The translations under genes and the position numbers were made by a program. A stretch of DNA of 64,000 nucleotides from Candidatus Fraserbacteria bacterium (GTDB lineage Bacteria > Bipolaricaulota > Bipolaricaulia > RBG-16-55-9 > DRXL01): contig CAMTVK010000003.1 in the NCBI GenBank assembly GCA_947085185.1, positions 128,001 to 192,000 on the forward strand, read 5' to 3'. Under the pieces are notes generated by a model. It was not told the origin of the DNA. It saw only the letters and a program-made list of their open reading frames with translations, and searched no databases. Shown piece by piece: positions 25,118-34,257 of the stretch (position 1 is its first letter; every line of letters begins with the position of its first letter).

Positions 25118-25462
25118 GGGAACAGCAACAGCTCGTTGCAACCGAGCCTGTACTTCCTCCCAGTCCAGCTCAGATAGATGCCCAACTACCTTCACGCTGG
25201 CTTTGGGTAGCGTCACTAGAAACGTACGGAATGCGGAGGGGTATCGTAGACCGGCTACAACCCAGTCTTTGAGAACGTAATCCGTGGCAGTTATAGCGCT
25301 CTCGATCTGACTGGTCAAAAGCCCAATAATCACATCAGGACGAGCAGTATGATACATGTCCGTTGAAACCACCACAGCGGGGCGTCTCTTGAGACCCTCC
25401 ACTCCTGGAAAACTCACAACGACAACATCCCCAGGATGGATTGCTTTCCTAGCTCTTCTCAT
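25094..25462 (-). CDS. PemK/MazF-family toxin
   Basis: PGDVVVVSFPGVEGLKRRPAVVVS...GLLTS; overlaps the upstream small gene. Confidence 0.85.
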   Translation of the reverse strand: MRRARKAIHPGDVVVVSFPGVEGLKRRPAVVVSTDMYHTARPDVIIGLLTSQIESAITATDYVLKDWVVAGLRYPSAFRTFLVTLPKASVKVVGHLSELDWEEVQARLQRAVAVPLTKRSSA

Positions 25463-25649
25463 TCGCTTCTGCGCCATATCTCAACGAAGCTCTCACAACA
25501 TCCTGTAAATCTTCCTCATTCCACGCTGTATGCTCATCTACGAGGGGAATGACGTCGTTCAGTATGAGAGCAGCTAAACGCAACCGCTCCTTTAAAGAGA
25601 GCTGACGCACGACCTTGGTGTAGATTCTGTCTGCAGTTTGAGCTGTCAT
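25449..25649 (-). CDS. putative cognate antitoxin
   Basis: 66 aa, VRQLSLKERLRLAALIL...W, SD GGAGG, directly upstream of the toxin. Confidence 0.7.
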   Translation of the reverse strand: MTAQTADRIYTKVVRQLSLKERLRLAALILNDVIPLVDEHTAWNEEDLQDVVRASLRYGAEANEKS

Positions 25650-25697
25650 ATCATGGCCTCCCTTGGTATTCTAGCAAGGGAACCCCAGGGTGTCGAA

Positions 25698-26417
25698 TCA
25701 CGAGCCTTTCAATCGGTGCAAGACACCCTCAAAATCTTGGGGCAGCGGCGCTTCAAAGCGCACTCTTTGTGCTGTCGTCGGATGGACGAGCTCGATCGCC
25801 ACAGCGTGCAGGAGCATGCGGGTCACACCCAGCTCTTGACGGAGCTTTTCGTTCAGTTCGGCTCTTCCGTAGAGATCGTCTCCGGCGATGGGGCAGCCCA
25901 CGGCAGCCAAGTGCGCCCGCACTTGATGGGTCCGTCCCGTGCGCGGATAGACCGCAACATACGAGAGCTTTTCGCTGGCCCACTCAAAAAGCTCTAGACG
26001 CTTATAGTCCGTCTGGGCGTAGATGCCCCCGCGCTTGACGGGCACCATCAGCACCAGCCAGCGCTTCCGATCCATCTGCTTCTGCAAGTGCCATCGAATC
26101 GAGCCCTGCGGACGGATCTCGCCGATCACGAGCGCCCGATACTCCTTCTGGATCTCTTTGAACTTGAGTTGGCGATTCAAAGAGCGTGCGGCTTCTTTGG
26201 ACTTGGCAAGCACCGTGACGCCCGAGGTCTCTTTATCTAAACGATGGACGAACGCGGGCGTAAAATCCGAAGTGAAACCCGATCCTCTCAGATATTCTCG
26301 CGCGTGAGCCAGCAGCGTCGGCTCTCCTGAACGATCTCCGTGCATGAGCCAGCCTGCCGGCTTGTCGAGCACTAAGAGCGTATCGTCTTCGTAGAGAACG
26401 CGCTCAGCGAAGGGCAT
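25698..26417 (-). CDS. RluA-family pseudouridine synthase (no S4 domain)
   Basis: DKPAG, HRLDKETSG, TGRTHQVR, GDDLYG, LHA. Confidence 0.92.
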   Translation of the reverse strand: MPFAERVLYEDDTLLVLDKPAGWLMHGDRSGEPTLLAHAREYLRGSGFTSDFTPAFVHRLDKETSGVTVLAKSKEAARSLNRQLKFKEIQKEYRALVIGEIRPQGSIRWHLQKQMDRKRWLVLMVPVKRGGIYAQTDYKRLELFEWASEKLSYVAVYPRTGRTHQVRAHLAAVGCPIAGDDLYGRAELNEKLRQELGVTRMLLHAVAIELVHPTTAQRVRFEAPLPQDFEGVLHRLKGS

Positions 26418-26546
26418 CGACGTCCACATGTTGCTTCGGCTCCATGCACAAGGTATTATGAAACAATCTCTACGCAAGCGCAACAGGAGGCCCCATGCTG
26501 CCTATCTGGGTGCCCTCGAACGCTGCGCACCTGAAAGGAGCAGATC

Positions 26547-27341
26547 ATGAACTACCAGACGATCCTCTACGAAGTCGCAGACGGTGCCGCCACCATTACC
26601 CTCAACCGTCCTGACGTGCTGAACGCCGCGAATCTTCAGATGCTGAGAGAGTTGCACACCGCGATAGAAGCCGTGCGCACCGACGCGAGCGTGCGCGCTG
26701 TCGTGCTCACAGGGGGTGAGCGAGCCTTTTGCGCTGGAGCTGATCTTGCGGGCATGGGCGAGGGCTTTGATGTACAGAATCCCTTGGATGTGCGGCGCTG
26801 GCTCGTCGAGCTCTTCAATCCCTTGATTTTGAAGATCTTCGAGATGGAGAAGCCGTGGATCGCGGCGGTCAACGGCGTCGCTGCCGGAGGGGGATGTCAG
26901 CTTGCGCTGGCGTGCGATCTCGTCGTGATCGCCGAAGACGCGTATTTCTGCGAGATTTTTGCGCAGCGTGGGCTGGTCGTAGACTTAGGAGGGCTGTTCT
27001 TGCTTCCCAGACTTGTCGGGCTGCACAAAGCCAAAGAGCTGGCGTTCTTCGCTGAAAAGATCTATGGCCCACAAGCAGTCGCATTAGGACTGGCCAATAG
27101 GTGCCTCCCCAGGGGGGATCTGCTTCACGTAGCCCGCGACTGGGCCAAAAGATTAGCTGAAGGCCCAACTGTTGCTCTAGGGCTGATGAAGCTCGGTATG
27201 AACCGCGGGCTGCAGATGGCACTCTCTGACGTGATGTACTACGAGGCTGCCGCGCAAGCGCTCGCGATACAAACCCACGACGTGCGGGAGGGCCTGCAGG
27301 CGTTCCTCGAAAAGAGAGCTCCAAAGTTCCAGGGACGGTAG
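26547..27341 (+). CDS. enoyl-CoA hydratase/isomerase
   Basis: TLNRPD, FCAGADL, AVNGVAAGGG, AFLEKRAPKF. Confidence 0.92.
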   Translation: MNYQTILYEVADGAATITLNRPDVLNAANLQMLRELHTAIEAVRTDASVRAVVLTGGERAFCAGADLAGMGEGFDVQNPLDVRRWLVELFNPLILKIFEMEKPWIAAVNGVAAGGGCQLALACDLVVIAEDAYFCEIFAQRGLVVDLGGLFLLPRLVGLHKAKELAFFAEKIYGPQAVALGLANRCLPRGDLLHVARDWAKRLAEGPTVALGLMKLGMNRGLQMALSDVMYYEAAAQALAIQTHDVREGLQAFLEKRAPKFQGR

Positions 27342-27435
27342 AACTGGACGAGTCCGACGATAAAGCGCACTGGCTTGCCAAAACACCCAGCGAGCGTCTC
27401 CAAGCCCTCGAGCTCATCCGGCAAATAGTCTATGG

Positions 27436-27963
27436 CTACCGTGACAATTCGAGCAGCTTATACGCCACAACAGCCGCTGCGGCGGCCACCGTGAGCGAGC
27501 GCGTCACCCCCAGCATCGGCAGCTCGACAATGATATCAGCCAGTTCTAAGACCTCCTGGGAAACCCCGTATGTCTCGTGCCCCACGATGAGCACCGCCGG
27601 CAGCCGAGCGACCAGCTCAGCGTAAGAGACGCTTCGGGGGTGTTGCTCAATAGCGATGATCGTCTTGCCTTGGGCTTTGAGCTCCCGGATTGCTGAGATC
27701 GCATCAGGACGATGCTCCCAAGGGACCCACTGCTCGGTACCCACAGCGGCTTTGTGAATTCTAGGATGAGGGGGCGTGGGCGTCTGCCCACACAGATAGA
27801 TCTTTTCAGCAGCGACAGCATCAGCGACGCGAAAGAGCGCCCCAACGTTAAACGTATCTTGCACGTTATCGACCACGAAGCTGATGGGCTGGCGCGGGAT
27901 AGACGCGATCTCTTGGGGAGTGGGCGTTCCCTTGCGCAGCGCGCGCGGCGGAAGCTTCTTCAT
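27436..27963 (-). CDS. TrmH/SpoU-family RNA methyltransferase
   Basis: NVGALFRVADA, VGHETYGVS, LPMLGVTRSL. Confidence 0.88.
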   Translation of the reverse strand: MKKLPPRALRKGTPTPQEIASIPRQPISFVVDNVQDTFNVGALFRVADAVAAEKIYLCGQTPTPPHPRIHKAAVGTEQWVPWEHRPDAISAIRELKAQGKTIIAIEQHPRSVSYAELVARLPAVLIVGHETYGVSQEVLELADIIVELPMLGVTRSLTVAAAAAVVAYKLLELSR

Positions 27964-29417
27964 CGCGATGTGAGCTTGCTCTGTAACACCCTTGCCGTGA
28001 AGCTTGCCAGATCACGAAAGAGCTTTTCGATCTGTGCTTCTTTCTCTTGGGGAGCAAGCTTCAGATGCGCATCAATGCGAGATGCCATCTCGTGCATCTC
28101 GCTGGGGTCGGCCCACGGTTCCAGATGGTGCAAGAGCAATCTGTGCGCGCCCTTGCGCTCCATCACCTCCAGCCCGTCGAGCATCTGCCGATGGGGCGTC
28201 CCCTCCCAGATAGAGAGAATCATCGCTTCGCGCAGCCAGCGATCCATCCCAAACTCAGCCAACGTCCCGATCCCGCCGTAGACCTCCATAGCCCACTTGG
28301 CCGTCTGCGCTGCGAACTCCGCCGTCCAATACTTCGCCAAGTGCGCGATCAACCGAAAGAGCTGATACTCTTCAGAATACGGCGGCGTCTGACGCCACAC
28401 GCTCTCCAAGAGCGTCACGGCCTCCCACGCGAGCGCAAACGCGCTCTCCAGCTGAGCTATACGATCTGCGCACTGCTTGCGCAAGAGCGCATGTTCAATG
28501 ATCGTCCTGCCAAACGCCGCGCGCTCTTGCGCGAAGCTCAGCGCATCAGCGAGCGCGCGCTGCGCGAGCGCGACGCTCCCAATGCTGTTGGCTACCCGCG
28601 AGAGATTCAAGACCTCCAAGATCAGATAGACGCCCCACTCCGTCTTGCCCAGCAGATACGCTTCGCTCTCTTTGAGTTCGACTTCACCGGTGGGCACGGA
28701 GCGCGTGGCGATCTTGTCTTTCAGTCTTCTGATAGTGTAGTTGAGGCTCCCATCGTGGCGATATTTAGGGAGCAGAAAGAGCGCCAGACCGCGCACGGTC
28801 TTCGGTGCCCCCTCCGGGCGAGCCGCCACGACCGCTAACTCTGCCCCAGCGTTGCTCGCAAAATATTTTTCGCCCGTGAGCACCCAATGATCCCCCGCAG
28901 GCTTGGCGATAGTCTCAACGGCAGCGCCCAAATCTGAGCCGCCCTTCACTTCCGTCATCCATGTTGCGCCTTGCCAGACGGTCTCGTCGCGCTTCAACAG
29001 CTCCGGCAGAAAACGAGCTTTGACGCTCTCAGCTCCATATTTTTCTAACGGCACCGCCGTCGCGAGCGAGACCGTATACGGACAATAGAGCCCCGGATCG
29101 TAGAACGACGTCACATAGCCCAACAGATACGAAGAAATCAGAGATCTTTCGTCAAAGACGCGCCAGACGATCCCGGTCTTGTAGCCGTGATGCAGCAGCT
29201 TCCAATACTCTGGGAGAAAGAGGATCTCGTCAATGCGCTTGCCGAAGCGGTCGAACATCTTCAGCCAGGGGGTGCCAGCTCGATCTATTTGTGCAGAGAT
29301 CGCCTTGCCTTCATGCTCCCAAAACGCCTCGGAAGCTCTCAGAGCCTGCTCACACGCCACAGCACCAAGCATCTGCTTTAAGAACGTCACCGGCGAAGAG
29401 AGTCTTTCCCAGCTCAT
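27960..29417 (-). CDS. acyl-CoA dehydrogenase, AidB-like
   Basis: GATWMTEVKGGSD, GEKYFASN, RRLKDKIATRSVPTGE, IWEGT. Confidence 0.88.
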   Translation of the reverse strand: MSWERLSSPVTFLKQMLGAVACEQALRASEAFWEHEGKAISAQIDRAGTPWLKMFDRFGKRIDEILFLPEYWKLLHHGYKTGIVWRVFDERSLISSYLLGYVTSFYDPGLYCPYTVSLATAVPLEKYGAESVKARFLPELLKRDETVWQGATWMTEVKGGSDLGAAVETIAKPAGDHWVLTGEKYFASNAGAELAVVAARPEGAPKTVRGLALFLLPKYRHDGSLNYTIRRLKDKIATRSVPTGEVELKESEAYLLGKTEWGVYLILEVLNLSRVANSIGSVALAQRALADALSFAQERAAFGRTIIEHALLRKQCADRIAQLESAFALAWEAVTLLESVWRQTPPYSEEYQLFRLIAHLAKYWTAEFAAQTAKWAMEVYGGIGTLAEFGMDRWLREAMILSIWEGTPHRQMLDGLEVMERKGAHRLLLHHLEPWADPSEMHEMASRIDAHLKLAPQEKEAQIEKLFRDLASFTARVLQSKLTSR

Positions 29418-29477
29418 AGTGCCTCCTTATGATTAGATTACGACACCGTCTTCCCAGAATCAACTCGAATCGCTAAG

Positions 29478-29549
29478 ATCACGAAAGACGCGCGGGAAAC
29501 GCTGAAGCTTCCGTGTCATCCGCGCTTTTCCGCGCCTCCCGTGATTCAA
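29478..29549. repeat. palindromic element copy A (degenerate)
   Basis: ATCACGAAAG...CCCGTGATTCAA; same ends as copies at 41103 and 52032. Confidence 0.65.
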
Positions 29550-29594
29550 CCACCTAAGCTCGCTATAATAAGCAAACAGATAAAGGAGGCTTCC

Positions 29595-29921
29595 GTGATC
29601 CCCCTAGAAGACTTTCAGAAGATCGAATTGCGCGTCGCGACGATCTTAGCTGCTGAGCGCGTCCCCGGCACAGATAAGCTGGTGAAGCTCCAAGTCGATC
29701 TCGGCAGCGAGCAGCGCCAGCTTGTCGCAGGGATCGCCAAGCACTATGCCCCAGAAGAGCTCGTGGGCACGCAGATCGTCGTCGTGGCGAATCTGCAGCC
29801 CGCGGTCATCCGCGGCGTCGCATCACAGGGAATGCTGTTGGCCGCCAGCACCGACGATCAGTCGCAGCTGGCGCTGGTCACGCTCCAGCGCCCCATGCCC
29901 AACGGCTGCCGCGTCACGTGA
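29595..29921 (+). CDS. tRNA-binding OB-fold protein (Trbp111/CsaA/MetRS C-terminal-like)
   Basis: DFQKIELRV, DKLVKLQVDLG, ANLQPA, SQGMLLAA; GTG after AAGGAGG. Confidence 0.88.
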   Translation: MIPLEDFQKIELRVATILAAERVPGTDKLVKLQVDLGSEQRQLVAGIAKHYAPEELVGTQIVVVANLQPAVIRGVASQGMLLAASTDDQSQLALVTLQRPMPNGCRVT

Positions 29922-29984
29922 ATTTGACGCAGCACTCCAGAGCACCGTAAGATAGAACGACTCTCCTATGAGGAGGCGACGACC

Positions 29985-30629
29985 GTGAGGATCGGCGCGA
30001 TTGCTCTTGTTCTCTTGATGAACACCATGCTCTTGATGAGCTGCGGAGGGCCAAGGTCCCAACGGCACGCAGAAAGCCCCAAAACCCCGACTCCCCCTTC
30101 TGCCCCCCCCACCGTGCACCCCAGCCCACCGCCGCCGTCTCCGCCCTCTGGAAGCACAAGCATCAACCCCGTGGCCATCGTCGAGACGAGCATGGGCACG
30201 TTCAAGATCGAGCTCTTCCAAGATAAAGCCCCAAAGACCGTGCAGAACTTTATAGAGTTAGTCCAGCGCGGCTTTTACAAAGAAATGATCTTTCACCGGG
30301 TCGTCGCTGGATTTGTAATTCAGACGGGCGATCCCACGGGGACCGGCCGGGGCGGCTCGGAGAAGAGAATCAAGTTAGAGATTCATCCCGATCTCAAGCA
30401 CGACAGCGCGGGGATCGTCGGCATGGCCCGAGCCCAAGACCCCGATAGCGCCACAAGCCAGTTCTATGTCACCCTGGGCCCTGCCCCTCATCTCGACGGC
30501 AAGTACGCGATCTTCGGCAGGGTGATCGAGGGGCTGGATGTCGTCATGGCCATCGGACAGGTCGAAGTCGGCCCCGGTGACCGCCCCGTCGTCCCCGTCG
30601 CACTGAAGAGGATCTCCATGCGACAGTAA
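29985..30629 (+). CDS. cyclophilin-type peptidyl-prolyl isomerase lipoprotein
   Basis: Lipobox LMSC, Pro-rich linker, [24 protein letters not shown]. Confidence 0.93.
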   Translation: MRIGAIALVLLMNTMLLMSCGGPRSQRHAESPKTPTPPSAPPTVHPSPPPPSPPSGSTSINPVAIVETSMGTFKIELFQDKAPKTVQNFIELVQRGFYKEMIFHRVVAGFVIQTGDPTGTGRGGSEKRIKLEIHPDLKHDSAGIVGMARAQDPDSATSQFYVTLGPAPHLDGKYAIFGRVIEGLDVVMAIGQVEVGPGDRPVVPVALKRISMRQ

Positions 30630-30647
30630 TCTCAAAGCGAGGTGCCT

Positions 30648-31790
30648 ATGGACTTCTCCCTCACGCCCGACCAAGAGCTCTTTCGCAAGTCGGCCCGAGA
30701 GTTCGCGCTCAAAGAGTTGGAGCCCATCGCGACGGAATTAGATCGGGAGCATCGCGTTCCTATCGAAATACTGAAGAAGCTCGGTGAGCTGGGCTATCTG
30801 GGCATGACCGTCCCGGAGAAGTACGGGGGCATCGGCGCGGATATGCTGAGCTATGTGCTCGTGATGGAAGAGCTCTCGCGCTCGTGTGCTTCGACCTCGA
30901 CGGCGTTCAGTGTGCAGAATTCCCTCTGTAATGCGCTGTTAGTCGAATTTGGCAGCGAAGCGCAAAAGCACAAATATCTGCCTGATCTGGCCGCGGGCAA
31001 GAGATTTGGGGCGTTCGCGCTCACCGAGCCCGAAGCGGGTTCCGACGCCGCGGGCCTGAGGACGACCGCCGTCGCCACGGGGGATTCTTTTATTCTCAAC
31101 GGCACCAAGCGCTTTATTACGAGCGCCGGATTCGCTGATATATTTTTAGTCTTCGCGCTCACCGACCCGGCCGCGGGCAACCGGGGCGTCAGCTGCTTCA
31201 TCGTCGAGCGCGGCACCTCGGGCTTTACCGTGGGCAAAGAAGAAGAGAAGCTCGGCATCCGCGGCACAAGCACGTGCGAGCTCTTCTTTGAAGATTGCCG
31301 TATCCCCAAAGAGAACTTAGTTGGCGAACTCAATCGTGGCTTCAAGGTCGCCATGGTCACGCTCGATTCGGGGAGGATCGCGATCGCTGCGCAAGCCGTA
31401 GGCATCGCCCAAGCGGCCCTCGATGAAGCCATAAAATATTCGAAAGAGCGCAAAGCTTTTGGAAAGTCTCTCAGCGAGTTCCAGGCGATCCAGTTCAAGC
31501 TCGCCGATATGAAAGCCAAAGTCGAGGCTGCAAGGCTGCTGACGTACAAAGCCGCCTGGAAGAAAGATCACAAGCTCGACTATATTATGGACTCTTCGAT
31601 CGCTAAGCTCTACGCCGCGGAGATCGCCAGCGAGGTCGCCGATCAAGCCCTGCAGATTCACGGCGGCTACGGCTACATCCGAGACTACAAAGTCGAACGA
31701 CTCTACAGAGATGCGCGCATCACGCGCATTTATGAGGGCACCAGCGAAATCCAGAAGCTCATCATTGCCAGAGAGCTCGTCAAAGATTAA
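30648..31790 (+). CDS. acyl-CoA dehydrogenase (short-chain/butyryl-CoA-like)
   Basis: FALTEPEAGSD, QIHGGYGY, IYEGTSEIQ. Confidence 0.93.
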   Translation: MDFSLTPDQELFRKSAREFALKELEPIATELDREHRVPIEILKKLGELGYLGMTVPEKYGGIGADMLSYVLVMEELSRSCASTSTAFSVQNSLCNALLVEFGSEAQKHKYLPDLAAGKRFGAFALTEPEAGSDAAGLRTTAVATGDSFILNGTKRFITSAGFADIFLVFALTDPAAGNRGVSCFIVERGTSGFTVGKEEEKLGIRGTSTCELFFEDCRIPKENLVGELNRGFKVAMVTLDSGRIAIAAQAVGIAQAALDEAIKYSKERKAFGKSLSEFQAIQFKLADMKAKVEAARLLTYKAAWKKDHKLDYIMDSSIAKLYAAEIASEVADQALQIHGGYGYIRDYKVERLYRDARITRIYEGTSEIQKLIIARELVKD

Positions 31791-31830
31791 AAAAAAAAGC
31801 AGCCCGATCTTCCCAGAGAGATCGGGCTGC
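31789..31830 (-). terminator. intrinsic terminator of hsp20
   Basis: GCAGCCCGATCT...AGATCGGGCTGC 12-bp stem with A10 on the left. Confidence 0.88.
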
Positions 31831-31837
31831 GCTTGCG

Positions 31838-32293
31838 TCACTCGACCTTGATCTCGATGGGCTTCTCTTTTTGTTTGAGCGACTCCCGCAGCGGGACCGT
31901 CACCTTCAAGATGCCGTCCTCGAAGCTGGCCTTGATCTTCTTGGGATCGTCGGCCTGCTCGGGGAGCGGGAAGACCCTCTGGAACTTCCCGTAGTGACGG
32001 CCGATGCGGAAGTAGTTCTCGCGCTCGATGCGCTCATCGCGCTTGACCTCGCCGCTGATGACGAGCCGACCGTCCTCGACCTTGATCTCGAGGTCGCCCT
32101 TTTTGACCCCAGGCAGCTCCGTCTCGTAGATGAGCTTCCCGTCTTTCTCGTAGATGTCGGTCCGCCCGAAGGTCTCCAAGGGTGCCCAATCGAAGAGGCT
32201 GCGGTCGAAGTCGGCAAAGAGCTCATCCATCAGGCGGCTCAGCCGCGTCGAGATGGCGAAGGGTTCCCTCCACAGTTCCGGCAGTCTGGCCAT
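31838..32293 (-). CDS. small heat shock protein Hsp20
   Basis: ELPGVKK, GKFQRVFPLP, ASFEDGILKVTVP. Confidence 0.93.
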   Translation of the reverse strand: MARLPELWREPFAISTRLSRLMDELFADFDRSLFDWAPLETFGRTDIYEKDGKLIYETELPGVKKGDLEIKVEDGRLVISGEVKRDERIERENYFRIGRHYGKFQRVFPLPEQADDPKKIKASFEDGILKVTVPLRESLKQKEKPIEIKVE

Positions 32294-32333
32294 GATCCCA
32301 CCTCCTTCTTTGCTGTTCCGGCTTTTCTTAGAA

Positions 32334-32360
32334 TTAGCAGACTCGACTCAAGTCTGCTAA
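32334..32360. promoter_or_regulatory. CIRCE-like HrcA operator (variant)
   Basis: TTAGCAGAC-N9-GTCTGCTAA, same 27-bp geometry as TTAGCACTC-N9-GAGTGCTAA, just downstream of the hsp20 -10. Confidence 0.8.
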
Positions 32361-32364
32361 CCGT

Positions 32365-32393
32365 ATTATAACAGCCGGGGGCCACTTTGTCAA
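32365..32393 (-). promoter_or_regulatory. consensus sigma70 promoter of hsp20
   Basis: TTGACA-N17-TATAAT with extended TG. Confidence 0.85.
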
Positions 32394-32418
32394 GTTTTCA
32401 GAATAGATGCGAAAAATC

Positions 32419-33762
32419 TTACTCCGTGCTCTCTGGCCCCTCCTGCGCCCTCCGTGCTTCCAAGGCCCGCGCTTTCACCTCCCTCCAGTGCTCCAGACGC
32501 TTCAGAATCTCTCGCTCATAGCCCGCATCGCCCGGGTGATAGTAGCTCTTGCCCTGCAGGCTTTGGGGCAGACACTCCATCGGCGCGATCCCTTCGGGCA
32601 GGCTGTGCGCGTACTGATAGCCCCTGCCGTAGCCAACATCTCTCATCAGCTCCGTGACGGGGTTTCTCAAGTGCATCGGGACCGGCTCGTTGCGCGTCTC
32701 TGCGACATCGCGCTGGGCCGCGCCAAACGCTGTGTACACGGAGTTGCTCTTTGGGGCAGTGGCCAAGTAGACGACCGCTTCAGCGAGCGCGAGCTCGCCC
32801 TCCGGCGAGCCCAAAAAATCATAAGCGTCCTTGGCGGCAACCGCGACCGCCAACGCGTTGGGGTCGGCCAGCCCAACGTCTTCAAGCGCCATACGAATAA
32901 GTCTTCTTGCGATATACAGGGGGTCTTCGCCGCCCGCGAGCAGGCGCGCCAGCCAATAGAGAGCCCCATCAGGATCGGAATTTCTCACGCTCTTGTGCAA
33001 CGCGCTGATCGCGTTATAGTGCTCCTCGCCCGACTTATCATAGAGGGGGAGCTTGCGCTGTGCCACATCCTGAACAGTCTTCAAATCAATGAGCTCGTGT
33101 GTGGTCTCGGCGGCAAGCTCTAAGAGATTGAGGGCGCGCCGGGCGTCGCCGTCACAATATTGGGCGATAAATTCTTCGGCGTCGGGGGTGAGTTTCAGAG
33201 GGCGCGCACCCAAACCGCGCTCACGGTTTGCCAGAGCCCTTCTGAGAATGATCTTGATCTGCTCCGGGCTGAGCGGCTGCAACACAAAGACTTGTGAGCG
33301 CGACAGCAAGGGCGCGATGATCTCAAACGACGGGTTTTCCGTAGTCGCCCCAATTAAGATAATTGAGCCCTCTTCAACGTAGGGCAGAAATGCGGCTTGT
33401 TGCGCTTTGTTGAAGCGATGGAGCTCGTCAACAAAGATTAAGTCGCGCGTCCTGTAACTGAGAAATTTTCTCTTCGAGCGCTCCATCGCGCTCTGGATCT
33501 CTTTGATCGACGAGCGCGTCGCGCTGAACGCGACAAATTCTGCGCCGCACGAGCGCGCGATGATCCAGCCCAAAGTAGTCTTCCCTGTGCCTGGTGGGCC
33601 CCATAAGACTAAAGATCGAATCTCGTTCTGCTCGATCATCTTTCTGAGGGGCTTGCCCGGCCCGACAAGTTCTTCCTGGCCCACGAACTCCTCTAAGCTC
33701 TGCGGGCGCATCCGCTCGGCTAAGGGCGGGCGGTGCTTCTTCGCGCTGAAGAGCTGGCTCAT
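32419..33762 (-). CDS. rarA: replication-associated recombination protein A (MgsA)
   Basis: PLAERMRP, WGPPGTGKT, DELHRFNKAQQ, SALHKSVRNSD. Confidence 0.95.
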   Translation of the reverse strand: MSQLFSAKKHRPPLAERMRPQSLEEFVGQEELVGPGKPLRKMIEQNEIRSLVLWGPPGTGKTTLGWIIARSCGAEFVAFSATRSSIKEIQSAMERSKRKFLSYRTRDLIFVDELHRFNKAQQAAFLPYVEEGSIILIGATTENPSFEIIAPLLSRSQVFVLQPLSPEQIKIILRRALANRERGLGARPLKLTPDAEEFIAQYCDGDARRALNLLELAAETTHELIDLKTVQDVAQRKLPLYDKSGEEHYNAISALHKSVRNSDPDGALYWLARLLAGGEDPLYIARRLIRMALEDVGLADPNALAVAVAAKDAYDFLGSPEGELALAEAVVYLATAPKSNSVYTAFGAAQRDVAETRNEPVPMHLRNPVTELMRDVGYGRGYQYAHSLPEGIAPMECLPQSLQGKSYYHPGDAGYEREILKRLEHWREVKARALEARRAQEGPESTE

Positions 33763-33952
33763 CGTACAGCTATTGTATGCTCTCCACAGAGTAAGAGCAA
33801 GGCCGATAGGCTGGGCTTGATTGGCTCTGGTTCCGTCTGCTATACTTCCTTCAGTGGAGGATTTCTACAGAGCCAGCAGAGGGTAATCCAAGCGGCGCGT
33901 GACTTGGCATCGTTACCCTTGTACCGTATGAAGAGCTTGCGCTTCTGAGCGC

Positions 33953-34152
33953 CTATAGCAACTCCTCCAAGGCTTCCGGGTTAAGGACTTCGAGGGCGCG
34001 GCCGTTATGTCTAATCCAGCCTCGTCGCTCTAGGCGATTGAGCACCCGGCACGTGTGCTCCACGCTCAAGTCTGTCGTCGCTCCAAGGGCTTCTCTTGCC
34101 TTAAGGCCTTGGGCACGTAGATCGTCAGCTGCCATTGTTCTTTGTTGGCCAT
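33953..34152 (-). pseudogene. chimeric scar: RHH-like N-terminus joined to a Crp/Fnr HTH C-terminus
   Basis: MANKEQWQLTIYVPKALRQEKPLE (34066-34152) and, in another frame, TDLSVEHTCRVLNRLERRGWI...LEVLNPEALEEL. Confidence 0.55.
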
Positions 34153-34187
34153 TTCATTTCATTCTATTCCCCAAGAGGATCTCCTAA

Positions 34188-34238
34188 CCTTGACAAAGAT
34201 CAACGAAGGAAGTTCACTAACTTTGATCTTTGTCAAGG
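34188..34238. promoter_or_regulatory. pair of FNR/Crp-type boxes
   Basis: TTGAC-AAAG-ATCAA (34190-34203) and TTGAT-CTTT-GTCAA (34223-34236). Confidence 0.65.
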
Positions 34239-34257
34239 ACTGAGCACTCACCTGCCT

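Noticed and set aside
26485..26614. SD-led out-of-frame ORF (MLPIWVP...) before the enoyl-CoA hydratase
   Set aside because: May be a deletion scar, but there is no recognisable homology.
27340..27430. Short minus-strand peptide (LPDELEGLETLAGCFGKPVRF)
   Set aside because: Could be a gene remnant but cannot be assigned.
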